The position numbers and the translations under genes were made by a program. Positions 27,150-39,931 of a stretch of 64,000 nucleotides of DNA are shown here, piece after piece. A model generated the notes under the pieces. That model had not been told where the DNA came from, did not search any database, and worked only from the letters and a program-made list of their open reading frames with translations. The first letter of the stretch is position 1, and every line of letters starts with the position of its first letter. Source of the DNA: the human T2T-CHM13v2.0 reference genome, Homo sapiens; assembly GCF_009914755.1 (NCBI RefSeq), contig NC_060942.1, one strand, 5' to 3'.

Positions 27150-28960
27150 TCTATTACATTTTTCAAGTAAGTTACAACCAAATCTAAAATTACCTTTGGT
27201 CTCCATCCTCAATCCCAGTATTCTCTTTCATTCCCCCAAGGTAATTACTATTATGTCCTTTCTTCATATTTCCATTTTTTTACCTTTATTTAATATGTAT
27301 GTGTGCTGTTATAAATTTTTTCTTGAGTGTGTTTTTATTTTGGTGGTACCACATTCTATGTAGTAAACAATATGTGATTTTTAAGTATCTGTGTTAATGC
27401 CTATGGATTGTGTATTTTAATTCACAGACAATATTTCATAAAATATACATTCCATGTTTGATTTAAACCTTTGTGAAAGACATTGTTTGTTTTTGATGTT
27501 TTGATTATCCAAATAATGCTGTAGTGAACTTTATTTTGCCCAAAAGTATGCATATCTGGAAGTAGAATTGCACGGTCATAGGCTCAAGACATTTATTTTT
27601 AATTGTATTTCCAAATTGCTGCCTAAAGTGAGCAAATCCATATACAGTATTCATAGCCTAAAGATAACTTAGAAAAAGTCTTGCTCTCCACATACTTACT
27701 GACACTCTTTATTGTCAGGTTTGTTTGTTTGTTTTTACTTCTGCTGAGTGTTAAAAAAATCACTTTTTTTTTGTTTTACAAATATTCTCCTGATTAGACT
27801 AATTTGAGAAAGACAGTTTTTTTTATAGTTGAATCAATTGCAACAATTTTTATCGGCGCATATTGATGCATGTTTCCCACTTAAGTTTTAAAAAATTATG
27901 TTGGGGTATCATTTACTTACAGGGAAATTAATCTCTTTTTGTGTATCCTTCTGCATTTGGACAAACACATACACTTGTAATACAAGTGTAAGTAAATGAT
28001 ACCACCACAATCAAAGCAATTCCATTGCTCCCCAAAACTTCGCTCACTCTGACTCTATGAATGTTTTTATAATATTGAATATTTTCATTTATAAATGTAG
28101 CAGGTAGTTCTGTGTATTTAGATACAAGTGTAAGTAAATACGCTTGTATCTAAATACAAGTGTAAGTAAATGATACCACCACAATCAAAGCAATTCCATT
28201 GCTCCCCAAAACTTTGCTCATTCTGACTCTATGAATGTTTATATAATATTGAATATTTTCATTTATAAATGTAGCATAGTTCTGTGTATTTAGGTCTATT
28301 TATAGCATTGCATTGAATTGTTATGTCCTTCTTTATACACATCTTGAATTTTTTAGTTTGTTGTTGTTGTTGTTCTTAACCAGGCTACTGTAAACAGGTT
28401 CTTAGTTTTTCTTTTTTACTGATGAATGATTTTAAAATTTTGATTTCTGCATGGGGAATTTTATCCAGGCAAATTGCTAAGTTCTTTGACTAGTTCCATT
28501 GTTTATGAACTTATTCTCTGAAATGTTCTAGGAAGACTATCAGATCATCTCTTCTCAATCTTTAAGTAAATTTTTCTTTTCCTAATTTAACTTAAATTGC
28601 TAACTTATTGTTCAATAATAGTAAAGTTAGTAGATATTCTGTACTTATTTCTGACATTACAGGACATGTTTCTAATATTTCATTATTAAATATGTTTGCC
28701 TAGGTTTTTATCAGGTGATTTTTAATGCATTAAGAAAGTATTTTTCTATTTCTCATTATTTAAGAGTTATTATCACAAAAGGATATTAGATTTTATAAAA
28801 TTATGTGTCAGCAGCCATTGAAATAATTATATAACTTTTCTTCTTTAGTGTATTAACAAAGATAATTGTCTTGATATAATTTCTCATAATCCATTGTTGC
28901 AATACATGAATAAATTTTTTGTTCAGTGTTTTGGTTAGGAATTGCATTGAGCTACTAATA
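27150..28960 (-). mobile_element. Old L1M antisense fragments, containing the 27.9-28.3 kb rearrangement
   Basis: T-rich antisense L1 motifs (gaagtagaattgcacggtcatagg; cagcagccattgaaataattat). Confidence 0.6.
27979..28293 (+). repeat. ~143 bp tandem duplication (27979-28121 and 28154-28293) with a palindromic junction
   Basis: Two near-identical copies of aatacaagtgtaagtaaatgataccacc...ttctgtgtatttag. Confidence 0.95.
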
Positions 28961-28964
28961 AGAG

Positions 28965-29381
28965 AAACAGGGCTATAGTTGATTAAACACACAAAAGCTT
29001 ATACTTCTGAAATAACCAGAAGTCTAGAGTAAAGCAATTGCTGATATTGGTTCAGCAATTCAAGTATATAAAAAAGAAGACCTCTGTTTTCTCTTGGTTT
29101 TTCCTTGTAATTCCAAGATTACCACCAGAGATCTGGCCCTCACATCTTCATCAGAGGCCAGAAAAATGAAAAAGTGAATAGTAGGGAAACAATAGTCTTC
29201 CCAGAAGTTACAATCCACAATTTCTTTTTGCATTTCATTAGCCACTCAACCTCCAAAAAATTGAGAAGAATATATATATATTTTAAGTTGGCCAGACTAG
29301 TGACTGAATTAAAATCAGAGTTTTGGTTACTTGAGAAGAAGAGAAATGAGTATTTAGTAGGTATCAAATGGCCTTCAACAC
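28965..29381 (-). mobile_element. MLT1J/K-like old MaLR LTR
   Basis: cagaagtctagagtaaagca...ccctcacatcttc...tcttcccagaag...aaaatcagagtttt...ttcaacaca. Confidence 0.6.
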
Positions 29382-29529
29382 AGTCATAATACATTGTTCT
29401 GTTAACACATTGCTTGCTTTGAATGGCTGAAACTTTATTTGTAATTTTTCATCACCATTGGTACAATGAATAGTATTTATTCAGATTTCAACAGTTATAT
29501 GTGCACTTAGTTGTGTGTGGCAGAGACGG

Positions 29530-30948
29530 GGCATAACTCTATGCAATTCTGTAACATCCATAGCTTTAGGTAACCACCACCACAGTCAAGATCCTTGTGC
29601 CATCACCACAAGACTCCTCCATTCTACTGCTTAATAGCCATATTAACTCCTGCTTCCATATCCTAATCACCAGCAATCATTAATTTGTCTTTCCACTCTG
29701 TAATTATGTTATTTCATAAATGTTATATGATGGAATCGTGCAGTATATATTCTTTTCAGATTGGCTTTTTCACTCAGTATAATTTCTTTTAGGTTAAAGT
29801 GAGTTAGTGCATGTTTTAATAGTTTCCTCCTTTTTATTCCTGAATAGCATTCCATAGCATGGAAGTAGTGTTTCATTAACCACAACCCATTGTATTAGTT
29901 CATTCTTGCACAGCTATAAAGAAATACCCGAAACTGGGTAACTTATTTAAAAAAAAAAAGAGGTTTAATTGTCACATGGTTCTGCAGGCTGTACAGGAAG
30001 CATGGTTGGAGAGACCTCAGGAAACTTTCAATCATGGCAGCAGGTGAAGCAGACACGTCTCACATGGCCAGAGCAAGACAAACAGAGCAAACTGGAAGGT
30101 GCTACACACTTTTAAACAACCAAATCTCATGAGAACTCACTATCATGAGAACAGTAAGGGGAAAATTCGTCCCCACGTTCCAATCACCTCCCACCAGGCC
30201 CCTCCTCCAGCTTTGGGGGTTACAATTCAACATGAGATTTGGGCAGGGACGCAAATCCAAACCATAACACCTACTGAAGGATGTTTGGATATTTTCTAGG
30301 TTTTAGCTACTATTATAAAGCTGCTAGAAACATTTATGTACAAGTTTCTGTACAAAAATAAGTTTTCATTTCTTTGCCCTATTTGCACAATAATACAATT
30401 GCTAGGTCATATGTAAAGTCCATGTTTATTCTTAAAGGAAACCACCAGACTATTTTCCAGAGTGCCCGTAACATTTTATATTCACACCAGTGACCTATAA
30501 GAGCTCTAGTTTTCCATGTTTTCACTGACCTTTGTTATTATCACTATTTTTTATTTGAGCATTCTGATAGTTGTGTGGTGATGTCCCACTGTGGTTTTAA
30601 TTTTCATTTATCTAATAGCTAACAATGTTGAACATATTTGCGTGTAATTATTTTTCATCTACGTATCCTCTTTGGTAAAATATCAGTTCAAGTTTTTTGT
30701 CCACCATCTACTGGTATTGTTTGTTTTTTAATGTTGAAGTTTGAGAGTTCTGCATGTATTCTAGATACAGGTTCTTCAACAGACATGTGATGTGCAAATA
30801 TCCCCCCGCCCCCCACTGCTTGACCTGTCTTGTCATTCTCTTAATAGAGTCTTCCAGCGAGAAAAGATTTAATTTTCATGAGGCCTAATTTATCTATTTT
30901 TAAATTTTATTTTATGGCTCATGCTTTTTGGTGTCAAATCTAAGAACC
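29530..30948 (-). mobile_element. L1MC-like 3' portion, interrupted by MSTA
   Basis: gtaaccaccaccacagtcaagat...gattggctttttcactcag...aaaggaaaccaccagactattttccagagtg. Confidence 0.8.
29891..30269 (-). mobile_element. MSTA-like solo LTR
   Basis: tgtattagt...gctataaagaaatacc...ctcatgagaactcactatcatgagaacag...atccaaaccataaca. Confidence 0.92.
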
Positions 30949-30949
30949 C

Positions 30950-32140
30950 TGCTGGATGTCAGCAAGAATGGCTCAGTAAAGACCTCCAACAAACCTCTCA
31001 TCCATAAAAGCACTTATAATACTGGCAAAAATTTGTCAAAATCAATGTTTTCAGAGCACTGGAAATTAACCAAAGGTATTCAACAACCTGGTAGTGTCTA
31101 TTCAAGAATACTGGCTGAATCCTGGTAAGAATCGAGAGGTTTGTACTATTTTAACTTTCGTAGTTCCATGACCTTTGTACTAGCCTGTTGGTAGCCTTGA
31201 AAAGCAATCACTTCCAAATCACAGTGAAAACCAACAGCCTAGGAGACTGTAAAGGGCAAAGAATAGAGTTGGATCTTCTCAAAATTCTAATTTCAAGAAA
31301 ACTATCATTATTTGACCTTTCTGGAGCTTTCTGACCAATCCCACTAGCAAAGCTTGTCTTTATTTGATCTGACATTGAGCTGACCCAGTGTAAATAGCTT
31401 TTTCTCTGAAGCCGTTTGTCAAAAACAATCAGCCACAATTATTTAATATCTCATGTGGCAATAACTATTAGGACAAACAAGCAGATCCAAAACGTTCAAA
31501 GGAAAAGCTTGGGAATGAGATATACATAGGTGGCTGAAAAACTCTGATATATTCCTAGGAATCTGGAAGGACATGTGCACATGTAGGGCTGTAAGCATAG
31601 CCATAAAAGATGGAAGATGACCCTAACCTCTCACTTCTGTGTGAAATTGAAGGTCTGCACAAATAAGAAGTAAAGGTGAAGGTGGACTTTTAAACTGTCT
31701 GCCTGGACAATGAAGCAATGCCCACAAATCACACAGAGACTTTTGGCAAAATCTGTTAGACTTGTTGTTCAGTCATTTAAAGAAATTTCTGTCATACATT
31801 AGCTAACCATTAACCTAACTGAGCAGACATCTGTAGCCACAGATTTAAAAGAATACAGATTTAAAAGTATTTAACAAGAAATAGCAATAACACAAACACT
31901 AGTAGTGAACAGCAATAACAAGCCTATTTTAAATGTCCAATTTTTTAAAAAATATGAGTTACATACAGAAACAAGAAAGTATAGCTCATATTCAGGGGGA
32001 AAAAAGCAATTGACAGAAACTTCCCCTGAGCATATCCTGACATTGGATTTACTAGACAAAGACTTTAAATGAACTGTCCTAAATATGCTCAAAGAACAAA
32101 AGGAAACCACATCTGAAGAACTAAAGGAAAATATGCATCT
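30950..32140 (+). mobile_element. Old L1M 5'UTR to start of ORF1
   Basis: caagaatggctcagtaaagacc start; actagacaaagactttaaa...aaatatgctcaaagaac (ORF1 start). Confidence 0.65.
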
Positions 32141-34119
32141 TTGCATGTCTCATAAATTTTTGTTTTATTTCATACATCATGTACACAAGAATAATGGGTA
32201 TTGATGTGCCAGACTTTGTATTTTTTTTCCCTCTTGGAGATTACAAGTCCTTTAATTATTTAAATTGGACTGAGTATTCAAATCCTTCTTTCAGTCAAGT
32301 TGAGCTGATACTATTCCTTAGCTTTAGTTGCATGAGTTTCTCCCGTTATGTTTCTGACACCCAACTTACACACCTGCCTTTTGAATGTAATCCCTTTTGT
32401 AAATGTGACACTTTTAAAGACAATCTTTTTTAATGTTGTGCCTTGAATTCTGATCATAATATCATTGTTAATAGAATTTAGTTATTTTCTTTTCGTTAGC
32501 ATTTGCTAGAATCTTTTTTTTTCTGTTTCTTTATTTTTCACAATCTGGTGTCACTTTGTTCTAGGCATGGATCTAGTAACTAAAATGCAGCTTGATTTTT
32601 AACTATAAAGAGCTAAGATAATTTAACAAAAATTAATTCATTATTATTGTTTATTTATTTGAACTTAGTCCTGCCATCTAATACGGTGTTCTATATATAT
32701 GATACTCTTTCTCTTTTTTTAAAAAAATTCTATCTATTATTTGTCTTTGTTCCAGTTACTTACCTATAAATATAGAAGTTTTAAAGTTTCTTTCAAGAAT
32801 AATAATTTCCTTTAAACTTTTAATACTCATGCAGGATACGATTTTTAACAGCATTTAGATTTAATCTGTTCTCAGTCTCTCTCATATACTTAGCTTGCCA
32901 TCTTGAAGCCAGATGTCTTTCTCAGATATGTGAGGTCATGCTTCACTGAACTTTTGGGGAGATACATTTTATTCATATGTCAGCAATCACTTATGCTTTC
33001 AAAATTTCTCTTTTCCAACTCTGGATTTCAGTTCCCAATGCTTTGCTGAATTCATACTCTGGTTTCTGACCCAGTAAAAATGACAGTGAGATACAAGGGA
33101 AATTTCCCATGAACCTAGAGGGAAAGAGACTTGGGGCCAAAACTATGGTGATTGAAAAGAAGGAAAGAAAATTAGTCACTAGTTTGTTTTGCACACAAGT
33201 TTCTGGGTTAAGATAATACTTGCTACATATTTAAAACTGAGCAGGAATATATTTCAAGGAAAATATATCTTGCCTGTAGATTGTATATGAGAATGATAGT
33301 GAAAAGTTCCGAAAATTCTAACCCCAAACTCAGAGATACAAGATATCTGAACTGAATACCTCCCTATGGTCCAGGGATTGTTGTTGTACAAAGGTGAACA
33401 AAACAGATATTACACAAAGACTTTTAAGTACACAAATAAATAAATTTGTATTAGCAGGCTACATGAGAGATGAAATGTTTAGGCTTTTTAAACTTTTTTC
33501 CATCAAAAGAGATACCAAAACCATAATAGAATCACTAAAGAAAGCCCTTCCCCTTCCTAAAGAATGAGTTTAGGGACTCTAGAAGGAATGAACTGTTCAA
33601 TTCAGTTGTCTGGGAAAAGTTAAGGTAATTAGACTTTTTGTTCTAAGGGATGAAAACAAAAAGCTGTCTAACTTCAAAGAAGTGGATTCCCCAGAGAAAA
33701 TGTTAAAGTACATATATAATTCTATACTCTCTACCCCCTCTCCCATAACAAATGTGTGTTTATCTGTATTACTGAGATTGTCCTTTTTCACAAGTGGAGA
33801 TAATGCTTGTGCACACCGTAAGCAAAACTTACTAGGTATAAGTCCTTTGGAAATGTTTAGCCTTAAAAAACTACCAAATGAAAGGCTGAAAACAGAATTG
33901 AATATAGCATCATTTCAAAAGTATGACATTAGCAAGCCAATGCAATATGCAATGGTGACAGGTGGGCCATACCTTGCATTGATAAAAGATTTGCCTTCCG
34001 GATAGGAATATGAAAAGCAGTGAAAACAGAAATCATATGTTTGTTGACATGAACAATTGATTAAACTAGTGTAATTAACAAATAATCAAACCAAGAAAAC
34101 TAAAGTCTAATTCATTAAT

Positions 34120-34413
34120 TTTTTTTTTTTTGAGACGAAGTCTTGCTGTGTCACCTTGGCTGGAGTGCAGTGGCACAATCTCAGCTCACTGCAGACTTCG
34201 CCTCCTGAGTTCAAGCTATTCTCGTGCCTAAGCCTCCTGAGTAGCTGAGATTACAGGCCTGCACCACCATGCCTGGCTAATATTTGTATTTTTAATAGAG
34301 ACAAGGTTTAACCATGTTGTCCAGGCTGGCCTCAAACTCCCGGTCTCAAGTTATCCACCCACCTCACCCTCCCAAAGTGCTGGGATTACAGACATGAGCC
34401 ACTGCACCCAGCC
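34120..34413 (-). mobile_element. AluS/J SINE
   Basis: Full dimer; TSD tcattaat at 34112-34119 and 34414-34421. Confidence 0.93.
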
Positions 34414-34523
34414 TCATTAATAATTTTAAATTAATCATGACAATGATATTAATAACATTTTTTGCATTTGCATTGAATGAACATTTTAGAAAATAAATAT
34501 GTTTGTATCAGAGCTTTTAGAGG

Positions 34524-34675
34524 AGTGGTTCTCAAAATGAAACATGAATCAAAATCTTCGTGGGAGAAGAGGCTTGTTAAAAATGTAAATTATTGGGCCT
34601 TACTCCTCAACCCAAATTTGAATTCCTTACTTGTGAAAAGGGTCCGGAAATCTGGATTTAATAATTCCATCCCTC
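34524..34675 (+). mobile_element. MER5-like hAT DNA transposon relic
   Basis: agtggttctcaaa...gcttgttaaaaatgtaaattattgggcc. Confidence 0.6.
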
Positions 34676-37600
34676 TGCTCTCATATACACACAGTCATTC
34701 TGGTCATTCTGTTGCAAATTATTGAATAGATAGATAGCACTTCAAGCACATGAATCAAAAGGTAAAACATAGATAAAAACTAAGAAATTGTCATGTTATC
34801 CAGTGTGAGTTAGGATTCAGTTATTTTCATTACTTTATATTATTTTAAAATAGTGATTTTGTGTTTAGGTAATAAGATTTAGTTAGCCGTAGAAAGTAAT
34901 ATGAGTAAATCTACAAAGTAATGAAATTATTAGAAAATAAATTAACATAATTAAGAAGAATTCTAGATTGGTTTTCTAGTAAGATGTTAGAAAGGTATGA
35001 TGGTTGTCTCCCTCCTCCAAGAGTAACAATAGAAAAACTAGATAGGGAGGAGGGGTGGAGCATCATGGCCAAATAGGAGCCTCCACTGATCATCTCCCTT
35101 TCAGGGTCACCAAATTTAACAACTACCTACATAAAAAAGCATCTTCATAGCAACCAAAAATCAGGTGAGCCCTCACAGTACCTGGTTTTAACTATATATT
35201 GCTGAAAGAGGCACTGAAGCAGGTAGGAAACACATTTCTGAATTGCCAATGCCATCCCTACCCCATCCCCAGGCAGTGGCCCCATGGCACAGAGAGAAAC
35301 TGTGAACTTGGGAGAGGGAGAGTGCAGCAATTGTGAGACATTACATTGAACTCAGTGCTGCCCTGTCACAACAGAAAGCAAAACTGGGCTGAAGTCAGCT
35401 GATGCTTGCCCACAGAGGGAACATTCGGACTAGCCCTAGTCAGAGGAAAATTGCCCATCCCAATGGCCAGAACTTGAGTTTCAGCAAGGCTCGCCACCAC
35501 AGACTAACATGTACAGAAGTCCTAAATAAATTTAATAGGCATTCTACGCACAAGGACTGCAACTGCTAGGGAAGTTCCTTATGCTGAACTGGGCTAAGAG
35601 ACAGTGGACTTGAGAGGCATGCAACCTATTGAGATGCCAGCTGTGGTGGCTAAAGGAAGGCTGTCTCACCCCTCCCCTCATCTCAACCTGCACATTCATG
35701 GCTACAAGAAACACCTTTCCTTCATTTGAGGACAGGAGAAGAAAGAGTAAGAGTACTGTATCTTGCATCTTGGATGCCAGCTCAGTCACAGTAGGATAAG
35801 TCATTGGGCACAGTTGTGAGGCCCCTATTCCAGGCTCTAGCTCCTGGATAACATTTCTAGACACTCCCTGAACTGGAAAGGAATCCATACCTTAAAGAGA
35901 AGGACCCAGTCCTGGCAGGACCCCCACCTGCTGACTAAAGAGCGTTTGTCCCCTGAACAATCAGCAGCAAAACTCAGGTAGTATGCCATGGGCCTTGGGT
36001 GAGACTCTGAGACTTGCTGGCTTTAGGTGAGTCTCAACACATTCTCAGTTGTGGATGATATGGCAAGAAACTCCTTCTGCCTGAGAAAAGTGGAGGAAAA
36101 AGTAGAGGGAAGTTTCTCTTTCACCTTAGGTCCCTGCTCAGCCACAGAGGGATAGAGCACCAAGTAGGGTCTTTGGGTCCCCAGTTCCATGCCTTGGCTC
36201 TCGGGTGGAATTTCTGGATGTGCCCTGGGCCAAAGGGGAGCTCAGTTTTAAAGGTTGAGTCCCTGGCCAGACAGCATTTCCCACAAGCTGAATGAAGAGC
36301 CCTTATACCTTGAGTGAACATCACCAGTAGTCTGGGCCTGTGGTGGTAGTGGCTATGGAGTGAGGCTTCTCTGACTGTGGAAAGGGAAAGGAGGAGTGGG
36401 AATGACTGCATCTTGTGATTTGAGTGCCAGCTCAGCCACAATACAGTAGAATACCAGGTAGACTTCTGAGGTTCTTAACTCCAGTTTCTGGCTCCTGGAC
36501 AGCACCTCACAACCTGCCCAGAACCTAGGGAAACTCACCACCCTGAAAGGAAGGACACAAGCCAGGCTGGCTTCACTGCCTGCTGATTGTAGAGCCCCAG
36601 GGCCTTGAACAAACATAGGCTATATCCGGGTAGTGGTTACAGTGGGCCATGGGTGAGACCCAGTGATGTGCAGCCTTCAGGTCTGAACTAATACACTCCC
36701 AGTGATGGTAGCCACAAGGGTATTTGTGTGTCGCTCCACCTCTAGCCCTAGGTGGCTCAGAGCAGAGACAGACAGACTCCATTTGTTTGGAAAATACTAA
36801 GGGACAAGCATAAGAGTCTCTGCCTGGTAATGCAGAGAATTCTTACCTATGACCACCAAGGTGGTACCTCTACAAGTCTGCAAGAACTACAGCATTAGTG
36901 GGCTTAGGGTTTCCCCTAAGGCCGATACAGCTTAGATCACAACACCCACATTCTTTCCAATACCTGGAAAGCCTTCCCAAGAAAGATGAGTACAAACAAC
37001 CTCATACTAAGAGGATTATAATGCCTAACCCTTTAATGCACAGACACAGACAAACATCCACAAGCATCAAGACCATCCAGGAAAACATGACCTCACCAAA
37101 CAAACTAAATAAGGCACCAGAGACCAATCCCAGAGTTACAAAGACATGGGACATTTCAGCCAGAGCATTCAAAGTAGCTGTTTTGAGGAAGCTCAAAAAA
37201 ATTCAGGATAACACAGAGAGGGAATTCAGAGTTCTACCAGATAGATTTAACAAAGAGACTGAAATAATTAAAAAGAATTAAGCACAAAGTTCGGAGTTGA
37301 AAAATGCAATTGGCTTACTGAAGAATGTATCAGAGTATTTTAATAACAAAATTGATCAAGCAGAAGAAAGAAATAGTGAGCTTGAATATAGGCTATTTGA
37401 AAATACACAGTCAGAGGAGACAACAGAAAAAAGAATAAAAATAATGAAGCATGCCCACAGGATCTAGAAAATAGTCTCAAAAAGGCAAATCTAGGAGTTA
37501 TTGGCCTTAGAGAGGAGGTAGAGATAAAGACAAGATTAGAAAGTTCATTTGAAGGAATAATAACAGAGAATTTCTCAAACCTCGAGAAATATATCAATAT

Positions 37601-37817
37601 CCAAGTGCAGGGAGGTTACAGAACACCAAGCAGATTTAACCCAAAGAAGGCTACCTCAAGGCATTTAATAACCAAACTACTAAGGGTCAAGGATAAAGAA
37701 AGGATCCTAAAAGCATCAAGAGGAGAGAAACAAATAACATACAGTGGAGCTCCAATATGTCTGGCAGCAGACATTTCAGTGGAAACCTTATAGGCCAGGA
37801 GATAGTGGCATGACATA

Positions 37818-38133
37818 CATATATATTTTTTTTTCTTTTTTTCTTTTTTTTTTTTTGAGATGGAGTCTCGCTCTGTCACCCAGGCTGGAGTGCAGTGGCA
37901 CAATCTCAGCTCACCGCAACCTCTGCCTCTCAGGTTCAAGCGATTCTCCTAGTCTCCTGAGTAGCTGGAATTACAGGCGCCCACCACCACTCCCGGCTAA
38001 TTTTTGTATTTTTAGTAGAGACAGGGTTTCACGATAGCAGTCAGGCTGGTCTCAAACTCCTGACCTCAGGTAATTCGCCTGCCTTTGCCTCCCAGAGAGC
38101 TCGGATTACAGGTGTGAGGCACCGTGCCTGGCC
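37818..38133 (-). mobile_element. AluSx-like inserted in L1 ORF1
   Basis: 12-bp TSD tggcatgacata at 37806-37817 and 38134-38145. Confidence 0.95.
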
Positions 38134-39607
38134 TGGCATGACATATTTGAAATGCTGAAGGAAAAAAAGTTTAGCCTAGAATAGTATATTAGGGAACATA
38201 TTCTTCAAATATGTAGGAGAAATAAAGACCTTCCTAGACAAAAAAAAGCTGAGGGATTTCATTAACACCAGACCTCCTAAAATTATAAAATGAGAACTTC
38301 AGTCAGAAAGAAAATTAATGAGCAACAAAAAATAACCTGAAGGTACAAAACTCACTGGTAATAGTAAGTGCACAGAAAAACACAGATATTATAACACTGT
38401 AACTGTGGTGTGTAAACCATTCTTATCTTAAGTAGAAAAACTAAAAGATGAACAAATCCAAAATAATAACTACAACTTTTCAAGACATAGACAGTACAAT
38501 AAGACATAAATGGAAACAGCAAGAAGTTAAAAAGCAGGGAGATGAAGTTAAGGAATAGAATTTTTATTAGTTTTCTTTTTTCTTGATTGTTTATGCAAAC
38601 AGTGCTAAATTGTTATCAGCTTAAAATAATGGGGTGTAAGATAGTATTTGCAAGCCTCATGATAACCTCAAATCAAAAATACATAATGGATACACAAAAA
38701 ATAAAATGCAAGAAATTAAATCATATGACCAGAGAAAATTACCTTTACTAAAAAGAAGACAAGAATGGAGTAAAGAAGGAAGAGAAGGCCAAAAGACAAA
38801 CAAACAAAAAAATGGTATTCATGAGTCCTTACTTATCAAGAATAACATTGAATGTAAATGGTCTAAACTCTCCAGTCAAAAGTCACAGAATGGCTGAATG
38901 TATGAAAAACCAAGATCCAATGATCTGTTGCCTACAAGAAATACACTTCACCTATAAAGACACATATATACTGAAAATAAAAGGATGGAAAAAGATATTC
39001 CATGCCAACTAAAACCAAAAAGTGCAGGAATGGTTACATGAATATCAGACAAAATAGATTTCAAGACAAAACTATAAGAGACAAAGAAGGTCACTATATA
39101 ATGATAAAGAGGGCAATTCAACCAGATCATATAAGATTTGTAAATATGAATGCACTCAACACTGGAGCACCCAGATATATAAAGCAAATTATTAGTACTA
39201 AAGAGAGATAGGCATTAATACAATAACAGCTGGAGACTTCAACATCCCACTTTCACCATTGAACAGATCTTCCAGACAGAAAATCAACAAAGAAACATCA
39301 AAATTTATCTGCACTATAGAACAAATGGACCTGATAGATATTTACAGAACATTTCATCCAGTGGCTGCAGAATACACATTCTTTTCCTCAGCACATGGAT
39401 CATTCTCAAGGATAGACCATATGTTATTTCATAAAAAAAGTCTTAAAACATTAAAAAAAATCTGAAATAGTATCAAGCATTTTCTCTGACCACAATGGAA
39501 TAAAACTGTAAATCAATAACAAGAGGAATTTTGGAAACTATATAAATACATGGAAATTAAACAATATGGTCCTGAATGATCAGTGAATCAATAAATAAAT
39601 TAGAATA

Positions 39608-39931
<324 letters not shown>

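Noticed and set aside
27979-28293. CRISPR-like repeat-spacer array or MITE
   Set aside because: Only two long copies plus a partial third, in a eukaryotic L1 context with no unique spacers or TIR/TSD structure; explained by local duplication.
29530-32140. Twin-priming 5' inversion at the head-to-head L1 junction (~30949)
   Set aside because: The two parts are several kb apart in L1 coordinates and I found no shared TSD; independent insertions are as likely.
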